Below are positions 19,986-33,240 of a stretch of DNA of 64,000 bases, piece by piece. The position numbers and the translations under genes are program-made. This stretch comes from Marsupella aquatica (Eukaryota > Plantae > Marchantiophyta): assembly GCA_973895155.1 (NCBI GenBank), contig OZ316897.1:16846058-16910057 (forward strand), written 5' to 3'. Each line of letters opens with the position of its first letter. The first letter of the stretch is position 1. The notes below the pieces were generated by a model. It was not told where the DNA came from. It worked only from the letters and a program-made list of their open reading frames with translations, and ran no database searches.

Positions 19986-22700
19986 ATGTTACCACGGAGA
20001 TTGAGAGCAACATATCAAGAAATGGGTATGCCAAAAGAAGGACATGGATCAGAGTCACACTCCTCATCAAGTGCTAGTGGAAGCAGTAACCCTGATGAAG
20101 AGGTACCTCGGACGGATGAACAAGTAACTGATGACCAGGATAGAGCCATGGATGACTTTATGGTTGATTGGTTTGGTGCCGACAACCCTGGTAATGGCCT
20201 TCCCAATGAAGGGCAGGTGCCCCCAAATGATCCACGCCCAAGACATACCCCTGAGGGACAACGCCAATGGGAAGAAGAAGAGGACATGCCCGAACACCTA
20301 TCTATGAGGGTGCTCGTTTGAGTCGTCTTTCAGCCATCTTGGGGTTGATGAACCTACAGGCCAAACACAAGGCAAGCAATGCCTTGTTATCTGATATGTT
20401 TGCACTTTGCCATGACCTTATGTTACCCACTGAGAATGTGTTGCCAGCAACTTGGAAGGAGGCAAAGAGTGTTCTCTCATCTATTGGCATGGAATATCAT
20501 ATTGTTCATGCATGTGTGAATGATTGCATGTTATTTCATGGGGCCAATGCAAACATGACACAATGTACAACATGTGATGAGCCTCGCTATGACCCCAACA
20601 TGCTAACAAAGAAGGTGCCAAGGAAGGCTGTTCGTTGGTTTCCCATCATTCCTCGGTTGTTGCACATGTATCGGTGTTCTGACTTGGCAGAGTTGATGGT
20701 ATGGCATAAGACTCATCGATCAGAGTCTGGTGTCATGCGGTTGCCAGTTGACTCCCCTGCTCATAAACATATTGAGGCAACATGGCCAGACTTTGCACAT
20801 GATCCTCGCCATGTGAGGCTAGGATTGGCATCTGATGGAGTTAGCCCTCATTCACTTGGAGGAAAGGGGCAACTTACATTAGTTTGGCCTGTGGTTGTCA
20901 TGAATTATAACCTCCCACCATGGCTATCCATGAAGAAGGGGTTCCTTTTATTGTCTTTGATTATTCCAGGTCCAAAAAAGGTGAAGAACTTTGACACTTA
21001 TTTGGCACTATTGGTTGGAGAACTTCAAAAATTATGGGATGGAGTGTGGGCATATGATGGCAAGAAAATTATAGGAGGTTTTCCACATGTCTTTCAATTG
21101 AGAGGGATCATTTGTTGGACAATGCATGACTATCCTGGTAAGATGACTTCCATGCCATATATTTGCAACCCTTCAATAATGTGTAGTTCCTATTGTTGTT
21201 TCTCATGTGACAACCCTAACATAACGTTTGCATGGTTTGATTTCTTCTTTGTAAGCAGGGTTTGGTTTTGTCTCTGGATTGCAAACTCAGGGGTACAAAG
21301 CTTGCTCTACTTGTGGCCCAAGCTTAGAGGACATGGCCACATATTGTTCATGGATTAGAAAGATTGTTTATATTGGGCATACAAAGTTTCTTCCCATGGG
21401 GCATGAGATGAGGTTTGACCCACTTCTATTCTCCTCCTTTGACATGCCATTTGGTGATGAGCATGAAATTCCTGATGCAACAAGTTTTGCACATTGGAAG
21501 TCACTAGCTGATAGGGTGGCAAACCCAAATGATTCCTTCACCTTTGATAGGACAGGTTTGACCAGGTGGAGTATACTAGCCACTTTGCCCTATTGGTCTA
21601 AGTTGAAGATCCGCCATCTCTTAGACCCCATGCACATAGAGGGCAATGTGGGGAAGGCTTTGATAAAGCATTTTTATGGGGAGAATGACACTAATTTTAG
21701 GGAGGCATGCGAGGAGATGGAAATGCATCCAGATGTTTGGGTAACAACTGATCCTATCACAGGTGTGGAGAATCGTCCTTCTACTCCTTGGGTGTTGAGT
21801 GTTGGCCAAAGACGTGAATTTTGGAACCGTATAGGAGAGATGCGGTTTCCTACGGGCTATGGTGCCAACCTTCGAAAAGCTTTTGGGATAGAGGACAATC
21901 ATAAGTGGCCACGATATCTGAAGACACATGACTATCATCGCCTATTGCAGCATATATTGCCAGTGGCAATTATAGGTATAGGGAGTGAAGAAGTGCAAGA
22001 TGCCATCTGGTCATTGGGTCGTTTGTTGAGATGGATATGCTCAAAGGAGATATATGTAGAAGAGATCCCTAGGATGGAGGTATTGGCAGTTGAGGTGGTA
22101 TGCAAGTTGGAGAAAGCCCTTCCTCCTTCCTTCTTTGATTGTCAGGTTCATTTACTTGTGCGGGAGGTTGCCATTGCTGGTCCAGTGCATTGTAGATGGA
22201 TGTATTGGCTTGAACGTTACATGGCGGTGTTGAAGGCTTATGTACGTAACCGTGCACGGGTGGAGGGAAGCATAGCTACAGGATACTTGGCAGCAAAGAG
22301 TATATTTTATTGTAGTAACATCTTGGCCACCATTGATCCTACTTGTCCATGTACTTGGATGGAGGAAAGAGAAGAGGAGGAGGACCGTTTAATAGGTGCC
22401 ACAAAAACATGCATGTTGACATCAATAGAGTGGTCACAGTTGACAACATTTATGTTGAGTAATAGTAATATCATGGAGAAATAGAGAGAGTTTTATGAGA
22501 ATGCCAAGAGAACAAGTCAAAGAGCAAGAATTTTTCCTAAGATGCATGAGTATATGAAGCAAAAGTTGCTTGAGTTGGATGACATGGTGACACAAGGAGG
22601 AGATGTGTCCCACTTTCCTACCATCATAGATGACGTTCGGACCATTGTTCATGGCCCTTTGAGAGTGGTGACATCCAACACGGCTATGTGGACACAAGGG
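19986..22700 (+). pseudogene. CACTA (En/Spm) transposase, Transposase_21 + DUF4218 type
   Basis: HACVNDCMLF, RHVRLGLASDG, YNLPPWL, DPMHIEGNV, LKTHDYHRLLQ and GPVHCRWMYWLERYM. Intron 21138-21258, frameshift near 20270, stop at 22482; truncated at ~22700. Confidence 0.93.
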
Positions 22701-23781
22701 ACCGAACGAGAACTATTTCCTCTAAACGAGAAGTGTATTTTTATTTTCCGCCAAATCTCGCGAAATCGGCAGTTTTTTTCATCAAAAACGCGTTTTTGGG
22801 GAAATAATGTAATTCGTATCGGAGTTCGGATTGAAACAACAAATTTAATAATGATCAAAACCAATGAAATTCATGCTAACAAACATTCATATTATCAAGG
22901 AACAATTAGATCCAAAAAACTTTCTCCTCGACCTCATATTCACGCTCTCCGAAGATATATGAAAGGTCTTATCTATAAATCCATATCCATGTTTCGAGCC
23001 AAGTGCGATAACTGTATCGGACTCCGGATTTGAGCCACGAAAACTCCGACCCAATCTCAGGTTTCTCAGTTTTTGGATATTTACCAAAAATATTTTACAT
23101 CATAGTCGATAAGAATTACTGCACGGTTCGTCAAATTTACCTTGCAGTTACCTCCGCAATTGACCAGTTACCTCCGCAAGTGACCATAGTCAACATGCCA
23201 TTCTTTCAATAGCAATGCGCAGTCCGATAAAATTATCGCGAAAACTACGGGCGACAAAAATACTAGTCGACAATACTAAGATCCTTCGGTTCATCGGTTA
23301 AATTTCAAAATTCCTATCCATATGAAGAAAACTCTTCGCAATACCAACATCAGATAAATTTATCGCTTCAATTTCAAAATTGCAACTTCCATATGAAGGA
23401 ACCACTTTTGCAATACCAACATCAGATAAATTTATCGCTTCAATTTCAAAACTATATAATTTTGCCACGATGCACGTGTGAGAATGAAATTGGAAATCCA
23501 AGAAATATACCCTTTTCTGCTATTTTGTCGTTTAGGGTGACAGCCAATCAAAAGTGGACACGTGGGCCAACCCCTCAACAGACACTATAAAAGGGCCACC
23601 GCCGATAAGTTTTTGGCATCATTATCGAGAGTAGAGTTTTGGGAGTTGTGTTCTTGGAGCAACATTCTGTCCGTTGAGCCTTTCGTTTTCCCTGATTGTG
23701 GGAGGAATGCAAAGCCCCATAGTGTCTCGGATAGCCATGTCTCAATCAGACACAGATTCACCTTCCAGTTCAGTTGAATCC

Positions 23782-23955
23782 TCTCCTAATCTTGTCGCTC
23801 GCTGTTTGCCAAGTCGCATACTTAAAGCTCTACCTCTCTCACAGCAAATAGTGCCCAAAATCTCTGACTCTCCTAATCTTGTCGCTCGCTGTTTGCCAAG
23901 TCGCATACTTAAAGCTCTACCTCTCTCACAGCAAATAGTGCCCGAAATCTCTGAC
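23782..23955 (+). repeat. 87-bp in-frame tandem duplication
   Basis: SPNLVARCLPSRILKALPLSQQIVP(K/E)ISD occurs twice. Confidence 0.95.
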
Positions 23956-25573
23956 TCAGATTCTGATGCAAGTTCTGGTCCTGAGCCCAGTGCTTACTAT
24001 GTGTCGCCTAGTAAACCTGAGAAGCGTCGTCTCTTGAGCATTCCATTGCCAAGAAATGAGAAACTTTCAATCCCAGGTTTAGGTCTGAGACGTCGCTTCA
24101 GGCCATCCATCCCGGGTTATGGAGAGGGTATCCGGCGACCGATACGCGTATCGCAGTCGGCATTCAAGTCGCCACATTCAACACAAGTTCAACGACGGAT
24201 CTTTCAGTCTCCGGGTGAGGATCGAGACACAAAAATACAAAGACCGATACGGCGATCGGTCTTTGCATTGCCTGGACTGGATGTGCGAGCAAGCGAGGGA
24301 ATCGGACTACGAAGTCCAGACTCGGCCCTTTCTCGAATGGTCCATGGGAATCGTGGTGAACAAGTGCTCAATTTTCCAGCAGCTCGCGGAGTCATTGGGA
24401 CTGCACGTGCGAATCTAGAATCTCCAAGTTCTCAAGGGCGGACTGTCATTGGTTCCAGGCTCCAAGTATCGAGAAGAGGTCTTAGTGGCATTCGGGTTAT
24501 GTATAGAGAGCCACGGAGTCCAATTGTGTTTTCAGATGAGTCGAGTGCATCGGAGGACGAAGATGAGGAAGGAGATAGAGAATCCGATATAATAGCACAA
24601 GTTGTGTCTGAATGTTTAGAAGGAGCTGTCGAAGAGAATAGCTATAGTCATCTATTCAGTGCCCCTCTAAATGCGTCAAGGAGATCTATAGAGGATGGTA
24701 GCTCAGCAGAGAGTGATGCATCTATTCGCGAGGCACCTGAAGGACCCGAAAATGCCAATGTTATGAACGGATTTCAGGTTGTAGAGAAGTCAAATGAGCC
24801 TAGTAAAAAAGATAGGGACCGAATTACTAGGAAAGACAATGTGATAAATGACAAATTGAATAGAAACAAAATGAGAGAAATTCATAAGTATTCGTGTTGT
24901 GATAATTACTGTCTGCGGAATTTGGGTCTGCTAGCCGTGACGAAACAACGCACTTATTACTATGGGCTATCCTACCCAGAGAAGAACGTCCTTCTAAGAG
25001 GATGTGTGAAGGGTGGGCATGCTGGTGCAAGTGGTTACTCAGTTAGCAGTAGATCCTTTTGTCGAAGTGGTTTTAAGAAATTATTTTCACTGGGAAATAA
25101 TCGTCTCCAAAAAATCTCGCAGAACATGTTTTCTCGGATACAGATCGGTACAGTTTATCGAGAAAAATCACCCGCACATCTTGGTCTCGTCCAATGGCTG
25201 GATGATTTTTTTTCCACAAATGTCGAGAGTCTCCCCAACAAGGATATCTTTCATTTACCTGACAATTGGACAAAAACATAAGTTTTTGATGCCTTCCAGT
25301 CCGAAACTCTAATGCGCCAAGAACAAGGCATGACATATTCGTGGTTTGTTCGCATTTGGAACAAGGAGTTTCCTCGCGTGCGCATCCTCAAAAGGAGCCG
25401 TTTCTCCACCTGCGCCCCGTGTACTAAATTCAAAGCACTCCGTGACAAGGCAACACTCGAAGCAAAAAAGAGTAAATTTCTAAACCTATGTGTTACTCCC
25501 GATAATTTAATCGGGTTGAGTATTCATGTGCTTCTTCTTTGGCCATGTGAGTGAATATATCGTTTGAACAGGT

Positions 25574-25735
25574 TGAATACTGAACCTGATAAATTTATCG
25601 CTGTCATAGTTTTTCATTACGGTCTTGTGTTTGAATACTGAACCCGATAAATTTATCGTTGTCAGGGTTTATCATTACGGTCTCGTGTTTGAATACTGAA
25701 CCCGATAAATTTATCGCTGTCAGGGTTCAACATTG
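25574..25735. repeat. ~57-bp intronic tandem repeat x3, each carrying (C/T)GATAAATTTATCG
   Basis: TGAATACTGAACC(C/T)GATAAATTTATCG three times within the transposase intron. Confidence 0.9.
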
Positions 25736-27712
25736 CGGTTATCATGTTTTGTCCTAAATTTTTTTATTGTTGTAGGAAAATTCTCAACATTGCTAAACGA
25801 GCATCGGAAGGCACAAGCAGTCGAGAGGGAGAAGTTAGCAAAGCACCGGAGTAAATGTTACAAGAGTCCGGAGAAATATTTGGGCATCTATATTGATGGA
25901 ATGGATCAAAAGAAGACAGAGTTACCTCATTTCATTCGGTGTCCGAAGAATATGGATGAAAAGTATTTCATCCTCGTACACGTAGTGGGTTGTTTGATCT
26001 TCAACAAACAATTAAGTTCAAATGTTTTTTTGAACTATCCAAATATTCACAATGATAGCAACCTGACCATCCACGTTATCCAGCATATTCTGAATACCTG
26101 GGAAGGTCTGCTCCCTCCAGTGCTTTACCTCCAGCTTGATAACACAGCTCGGGAAAACAAGAATAAATATCTTATGGCATATTTGAATATGTTGGTGGAG
26201 ATAGGTGTTTTCCAGAAAATAAAGGTTGGTTTCCTATTGGTGGGGCACACCCATGATCAAATTGATCAAATGTTTAGCAAGTTTTCTTCAAAATTGAACA
26301 AGCGGAAAGCTTTCCGGTTGGACACTCTTTCAGCAATCATAGAGGAATCCTACAATCCTACGGCAAAGATATTTTTTGTCGACGAGGTTGCCGATTTCAA
26401 GAAATTTGTGTCAGACAAGGATCAAGCAAATGACAAGGATATGGATGGTCAGGTTCTACGTACTCTCCACGGCATAAGTGCTCAAAAACAATTTCGGATT
26501 ACTAGAGTACTCGAAGATGGAAGTGCTCGGTCCGTATTCCATGCCAAACATCTTTCAACGACAATCGATTGGGGGGAGACGGTGGATTTTGTTCGGTACA
26601 TTCCATCATCTGGAATGTGGGTCGCACCACAAATGGCATTGAAGTCGGCCACGGGAGCGACAGGAGACAATGAAGAGCAAGAGAATGATGCTGAGGAACA
26701 AGATGAGCGGGCGGCTCAAAGTTATTTGTCAACTCTTCAAAAATATCGAAGAGCAATTGAAGATGGATTCAATTACTTTGACGACGCAGATCGTCTATGG
26801 TGGGGTCGTTTTTTTGACAAACAAAAAGAAGTGATTCAGCACCACCTGAAACCTGCACAATGGAGTTTTGATTGGAGTTGGCCCAAGGTAAATGTACAGA
26901 GAGAACTTCCGAGTAATCCTACGGAAGCAGCAATGGAACCTAGCTTGGTTGATAAAGTAGCGGGTGTGAGGACAGTCATGTATTCCGGAAGTCGAAGAAA
27001 AGTCACGGAAATTGGAGACTTCAAGGATCTAGAGGTGAATACTAAATTTGTAATGATATGTGTAGCAGCCCATCAGGATCCCAGGGGAAGATCATTCTGG
27101 ATGGCAAAAGTGACTGAGATTCTCACAAGAATTAACGACATCCCGGAGCGGATTAAAATCACTTGGTATGCAATGGATTCGGAGGAAGAGTCTGCAATTG
27201 AAGGCAGATATTATCCGGAGAAAGAGGCTTCGTCTAGCAAAGTACTGGAGGATGAATTGTCCCTATCAGAAACTGCCGTTTATGCGTATAACTTTGCGTT
27301 ATTGGCAAATAGTACTCTCCCTATACAAACAAGACGAATCATTCAAAATGCAATGGAGACTGTAGTCATTGATAGTCGAAGCTAGTTTCAGGTTTAAGTT
27401 ATAATGGTTATCGTTCCCATGAATATGTATAGTGGTTATCGTTCTGGGACTATGTACTCCGAAGCTATAATGATATCTTTTTTTTAAATAATTGCAATGA
27501 CAAACCAGTTAGAGAATACAATGCTGTCCGATAAGATTATCAACAACTCCATTCCCCCAGCAGGAACACCGCGACAGTCCGATATATGCAAAGTCCGATA
27601 AATTTATCGCATTAATAAATGTGACAAAGGTTCTTCCTCATGGAATACAGAAGTCGATAAATTTATCGACAACTTCATTGGTGATTGACATTATCCTAAC
27701 GAGCACATGCAA

Positions 27713-30700
27713 CTAATCTAATAACATGTCGTTGAGATCATCCTCATTTGGTGTTCTGGGAGGCTCTTCCTCAGTTTCTTCTTGTTCCTCTTCGGTCTCC
27801 TTCACGACCTCAACTACGTAAGTCGATGTCCCGAGTACACCCAATTGGCCTGCAATTGGTGGTTGAATCTCATGACCTTCAACGCCGTGCCCTTCAATCT
27901 GGGATTCTTCATATAAATTCCAGTTTGACTCCATAATCATGATCCGGGATTTTACAAAACCAATCTGCGCAGAACTCTTATCAACAGCACAACCCTGGCG
28001 AGAATTGAGGAGCGTAGCAGCTAATGTCAATCCGGTTCCACAACAAAGATCAATAACCCAATCCTCTTTCTCAGAGAAATGGGAAACAAACCAAGCCCCT
28101 AAACCAACAGGCTTCTGATATGGGTTCACAACAAATCCCAACGGATCAACGGACTTCTTGGTTACACATGGAACCTTGATGATATTGACGCGAGACTCAT
28201 CCGGTTGGAAATTGTACATGTTCATGTTCCGAATGCCTTCCTCGCTATAGAAACCTATCGACCAGTTCTCAAAACCCCACGCCAATCGAGCTCTAGCGGG
28301 ATGCTCATGAATGTTAGTCTTCTCCCAGATTCCAGCCTCGACCCCACAGTTGCATACACTCTCCAGTGCAGACATCACCATATGCGTTTGTTGTAGTGAA
28401 TGGATCACAACAAACCTCCACTGCTTAGCGGTCGTCATCTTTGAGAAACTTGTCAACATGTCTAAAATGTCCTTTTCTGTGAAGGCCACTTCATCAAACT
28501 CCGAACCAGGAGCATTAAAACCATATGGAATATCCGCAACCGCAAGGGTGTAAGCCCTTGGCTGAACAAAAGAATCCAAAATTCGAACATCACCAACATG
28601 GAGATAGTAGGGAAAAGAATCCCCGTCTGCATTTTTCCATGTTTGTTCAAACGCTTCTGCTGTGCCCTCGCCTAAGGACCTCAGCCGATTGTACTTATCG
28701 ATTGCAGCAAGTACAAAATTCTTAAACACATAAGGGATTTCAGTTGAGGGAACAATAACCTCCCCCGCAGAATTATAAGTGACAGCCGGAACCACTTTGC
28801 TTTTCCTTTTTGAATTAATCTTCAGCTGTAAGAATGTCAGACACATCTACAGTTAGAATAGCGTGAGATGAATGCTAAGGCCGATAAAAATCTCGCGATG
28901 GAGCACGCTAGCCAATAAATGGAATCGCTTAGAAACCAACAAAGGAATGCTAAAGCCGATAAAAATCTCGCGATGGAGCACGCTAGCTGATAGATGCAAT
29001 CGCTTAGAAACCAACAAAGGAATGCTAAAGCCGATAAAAATCTCGCGATAGAGCATGCTGTGAGAGGAATGCTTACCGCGTCACTCAATTTCTCCGCCCA
29101 TATGCCAAGGACCGAGACATCTGTTTTGTTGGGAAACATTTCTCTGCATGTTGCCCAATCTGGCTGACCAGATATCTGCAAAAATAGTTTCTTCACCTTG
29201 GCAAGCTTTTTCAACTTCTCACCTTCCTTGTGCATTTGATCCAAAGTGATCACCTTCCCGATAACCCTATTCAAGAGACGCTTGACATGCTCCTTATTTG
29301 ACAGTCCTTGGAGACCTCAAAATGAATTTAAGTTGAGGTCACCAGCAAGTTTATTCATTTTAATCTCCCTTACCGTCAAAGGTTTCACCTTTCCCTTTGC
29401 ATTCGTCGTTGCCACAATTTTTTTGGGTTGTCCTAAGACAATACCTTTCTCCCACATCTGGAAAATCTGTACCTGAAGATCCCAAATTTCACCTGTTCGG
29501 AAAGCAATTTGGAAAGCCGGATCATGTTTGGCCATGGAGTCACGAACTCCTGGCGTGTACTCCATCATGCATTCTTGACAACATGCTTCGCGGACATCTT
29601 TAGTCGAGCCCACACCCATTTCAAGGAAAATATTGTGACAAGCGCGAACTTGGTCAATTTTAGTCATGTTCTTCCGATACTCCTGGTCATAGTTATGCTG
29701 GAAGCCTAACTTTCGGACCTCGGATCTCGTAAGCCCAGCGTAAACCCAAGCTTCCAGCTCACCATATATTTGCTTCCCATACATTTTAAACAACTCGGAC
29801 TTTGCCCGAGCACCATGATTCCCTCCAATAATTCTATACTTCCATACCCTTGACTTCAGGATGTCCCAATCTGCGGTTGTGGGACAATCCTTTGGATCCA
29901 CACACAGCATGAACAGGGCACTGAAGTTGGTGGGGTTTTTCATGAGAAGTATCTTGATATTTTCCACATGCAATCTATCCACTGGTCTAATCAAAGTTGT
30001 CAAATCCCCCCCCTCATCAAATATGAGATTGTCGACATGCAGAAGCACAGTTGTCCTTTGCACCCTTCGTTGCATCAGAAGACTGAGCTCTGCCTTGATC
30101 GCGTCCGTCTCATACATTGAAAGAGCCGTCTCCTCCTCCTGATCAGCCTACAAAAGCGTTGCAAATTCAATTAAGGAAAGAAACTGCGAGATTTTTATCG
30201 GAGTTCGCATTTGTTCAACATAACTCCACAATCCGCAATTTAGGAAATAAACAGCGAGATTTTTATCGGATTTCGTGTTTGTTAAACAGCACAACGACGT
30301 AGTACTTACCAATGGTGCCGTAGGAACCGCGACTGGAACTGATGGAATTGACGGAGCTCTATCTACTTCTACAGCCACCGTCTCAGTCCAGCCAGTCCTC
30401 TTCCTCTTTGTGCTAAGTCCAGAACCAGATGGCCCGGATCCCTCGGATCCTTTACTTTCGCTTGGTTTAACGGATGGTCCTCGATGGTTGCCCCGGCCTC
30501 TCCCACTACCGCCAGTTTCCTGGCTCTTCTTCCCACCGTCAGAGGTTCCCGCGGCATCTCCCCTGCCGCTACCTCTCCCTTTCCCTTTTCCACTTCCCGA
30601 AACCCGACCAGAAGTTGTAGGTTCGTCCACGTCAATATGTGTAGAGGATTGCAATGGTTCTTTCCGCCCCAATATTTTATCGGCATTAGAACCACCGCTT

Positions 30701-31278
30701 CCACTTGAACCTGGTTTCTTGAAAACAATTTTGCGGACAGGTTTGAACTCTTCACCCACAAGTCTCTTGTACTCTGCGTTCACCCTTGGAAGCATGATGG
30801 CATCACAATCTTGCACATACTGGCCGATCCAAGCCGAACCCATAACATTCATCTCTCTTGCTGCCCGAACATCGGCAACAAGGGGATCTTCTGGATAACT
30901 GTCCATCGATTTCTCATCAAAGTTATCGAGAGTAACAATGAGAGATGTGAAACCCTTGCGCCCACACATTGTCAAGAAACTAAGGCCCTCTGTCAACACT
31001 TTTCCCTCCCCGTGGCCAACCATGAACTCGACGACGGCAACAGCAATGACAGGGCCATATGAAACATTAACCTTCGCCGATTTTTGCAACTGGACCCAAA
31101 GGATTGGGGTAACACAGTCTTCGAAACCCGTGGACTGTAATCTGGCGTCACGGAAGTACCATGACTTCTTGATACACTTGATCTTTTCACAAATGTCTTC
31201 ACTTGTCCAAATTGCATTGGTGAGGCTTGTCATGAGACTTTCTGCCTCAGCAGATCCACTCTTTCCACTAGCAGCCAT
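27713..31278 (-). pseudogene. Three-exon ParB/Srx-like + beta-class N6-adenine/N4-cytosine DNA methyltransferase fusion (~1050 aa); exons 31278-30310, 30147-29077, 28825-27713; one in-frame TGA at 29317-29319
   Basis: Both introns are GT-AG and phase 0. ParB-like IRPVDRLHVENI...YRIIGGNHGARA...VYAGL...GFQHN. MTase LHVGD...ADIPYG (motif IV), IWEK, NPYQKPVGL, VIDLCCGTGLTLAA...RQGCAVD (motifs X, I). Confidence 0.85.
28870..29060. repeat. ~74-bp intronic tandem repeat x3 with the variant site CCGATAAAAATCTCGC
   Basis: GAATGCTAA(G/A)GCCGATAAAAATCTCGCGAT three times in intron 2 of the ParB-MTase gene. Confidence 0.9.
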
Positions 31279-31498
31279 GGAAAAGTCTGCAAATAAACAA
31301 ATTCCAATGCAAAGAGCGATAAAATTATCGCCGCCAATCTCACAGCACATGTGGACACGACATCTCATCACACAAGGACAAAAAGACCGATAAAATTATC
31401 GCAAAAGTGAGCCTTCTTTAAATTGACGGCCGAGTGTACAGGTCGAAGAATCAGCTACGGAACCCTAAATCCAAAACCTTAACCCCTAAACCTAAACC

Positions 31499-31738
31499 CT
31501 AATCATAGTTGAACCTCGCTAGAGCGAAGCGTTCGATCCGCTTCTTGGGCCATTGGGGAATATGAGTGACGCGATGATCATAAGCCCACAGCCAATGGAA
31601 ATCAACTTCACCAGTCTCAGGATTCACTACTGCTACTGAATACCGGCGTGACGGAATGTCACAACAAGCATTTGTGCAGCATGGACAGATCTCACCATTG
31701 GCAAGGACGTTTGTCCACAGGCAACTTACATAGATCAA
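31499..31738 (-). CDS. Small Cys-rich ORF, unknown function
   Basis: CPCCTNACC; its start overlaps the stop of the upstream ORF. Confidence 0.3.
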   Translation of the reverse strand: MIYVSCLWTNVLANGEICPCCTNACCDIPSRRYSVAVVNPETGEVDFHWLWAYDHRVTHIPQWPKKRIERFALARFNYD

Positions 31739-32211
31739 GTTAAAGAGCCCACAGACCGGCTGGGGGGGAGTTGACGAATCTTGTATGAATATAGTTTCCC
31801 ACCAGTGTCAATAAAAAACTCGGTGGCAAGAGGATTGTCCAACTCGTCAATCACATCCTGAATCTCATTGAATGCTCTACGTCTGTTGTCGGCATAGAAT
31901 TCTGGCTCATAAGCAGGATTGCCCTTCACAACATGACAGCAGTGGAGTATAAAATGTCTTACTGCACCGGTTTTCAGAAAGAGTAGGATAACTCTTCTAG
32001 AAACTCCAACATATCTATCCCACCGAATATAAATTTCTCCCCCTACCTGATCTACGTAGAAGTGAAATGTGTTATGGTAAAACGGTTTTACTACCAGCCT
32101 GCATATCTTTAAAATTAGTGACTCATCCAGCCTCCTTAGCTGGTCCAGCATGGCTCCATTCCCCCATTCTGGAGGATCCGGGAAGGGTACAAAAATGCGT
32201 CGCTCGAGCAT
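31735..32211 (-). CDS. 158-aa ORF, unknown function, transposon cargo
   Basis: ATG-initiated, globular-looking, co-oriented with the other cargo genes. Confidence 0.5.
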   Translation of the reverse strand: MLERRIFVPFPDPPEWGNGAMLDQLRRLDESLILKICRLVVKPFYHNTFHFYVDQVGGEIYIRWDRYVGVSRRVILLFLKTGAVRHFILHCCHVVKGNPAYEPEFYADNRRRAFNEIQDVIDELDNPLATEFFIDTGGKLYSYKIRQLPPSRSVGSLT

Positions 32212-32503
32212 GGCCTGATCACCGAATAGAAATCAGGAATAAATTTTGGAGAACATACTAATTACAATTCTACAAGTTTCATCCAACTTTACAGTACCTT
32301 GTATAACGGGCTGTGAAGCCAATGCACTTGTCAGCTAATCGTCCGAAGAGGCGTAAAAAAATACACTCTGGACCACACAACCCGAAGTCAGGGGAGGCAG
32401 AGTCAATTATATTCAAAGTGTTTCTTTACAAGCACCCAAAATCGACTAGAGGAATGAGGAGTGCGATAAATTTATCGGATGTTCGCTGCAATGCCTCATC
32501 CAC

Positions 32504-33052
32504 TCAGACTCGTCCATGCCATGCAAGAATTGTCCGCTTCCCGCTTTCTCCAAGATTCACCCAAACTCTAAGAAACGCATCTAATCGGTCATACGAGAAG
32601 CACCCAAGCATATCTATGGGAGGGAGGAAATGAGTTTCCTCTCAGAAGACCCTAGCAATATGTAGGTTTGAGAGAAGGACGGCATTAGGAATGCTTGCAA
32701 GCATTTTGTTTATGTCATTGATCTCACGGACTGCATATTTCAATAGCGCCCAAAATCGTGTACCAACAACAAGATGGTTCCATTTCTTCGAGGTGGCTCC
32801 AAGACAAATGATTGTTCTCATTCGAGTCAGTCATTCTTCTGGTAGAAGTTTTAGGTCAAGGCCAAGGTGTTCATCTTGTGTGCAAGACAAGGCTAGGAGG
32901 GGCCAAATGTGAGATTCAACGAGTTCATCGGGAAGTCCATTCAACAAACTTCCGCATTCCACACCGGGCACTTTTCCTCGAATATATTTCCTACGCTCGT
33001 GGGCTAAAACGGATCCCATCTTTGCAACGATTAGATTCTCCGATGCAGCCAT
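32504..33052 (-). pseudogene. F-box-like gene relic
   Basis: LLNGLPDELVESHIWPLL, then (through a TGA) LGATSKKWNHLVVGTRFW. Two internal TGA stops in one 183-codon frame. Confidence 0.5.
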
Positions 33053-33240
33053 GAAGCAGAGCTACCAAAACCACCAATAAAAATACCTTCAATCACCAGG
33101 TGTAACCAAACACAGTACCAACCTTGCACGACAGTTTAACGATTAGGACTCGTGACGTATTATATTTGCTGCGCAAGGGTAGGACTTGTTTATTTAAATA
33201 TGTCCTTCCAAGATGCGCCTCAATGAAAAGGTCGAAACAC

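Larger units (their letters stand above)
23707..27385 (+). pseudogene. DUF7869/Sola-like DDE transposase; exons 23707-25471 and 25776-27385 (~1120 aa), one in-frame TAA at 25279
   Basis: CCxxxC, FC and CAPC Cys clusters; YIDGMDQ, LYLQLDNTARENKN, GFLLVGHTHDQIDQMFS. Phase-1 GT-AG intron 25472-25775; TATA-like TATAAAAG near 23586. Confidence 0.8.

Noticed and set aside
22701-23033. Continuation of the CACTA transposase in the 163-aa ORF
   Set aside because: Transposase-like sequence stops at MWTQG; the rest reads into the inserted element's end.
28837-29076. Repetitive hydrophobic C-terminus (ACSIARFLSALAF x3) of the 145-aa ORF as a membrane protein
   Set aside because: It is translated intronic tandem repeat.
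27713-31278. Bacterial/phage contamination as the source of the ParB-MTase
   Set aside because: It has two frame-preserving spliceosomal introns and sits inside a plant CACTA element (read-level confirmation is still advisable).
31461-31502. Telomere-like AACCCTAAA repeats
   Set aside because: Only a few degenerate units; at most a telo-box-like promoter element.
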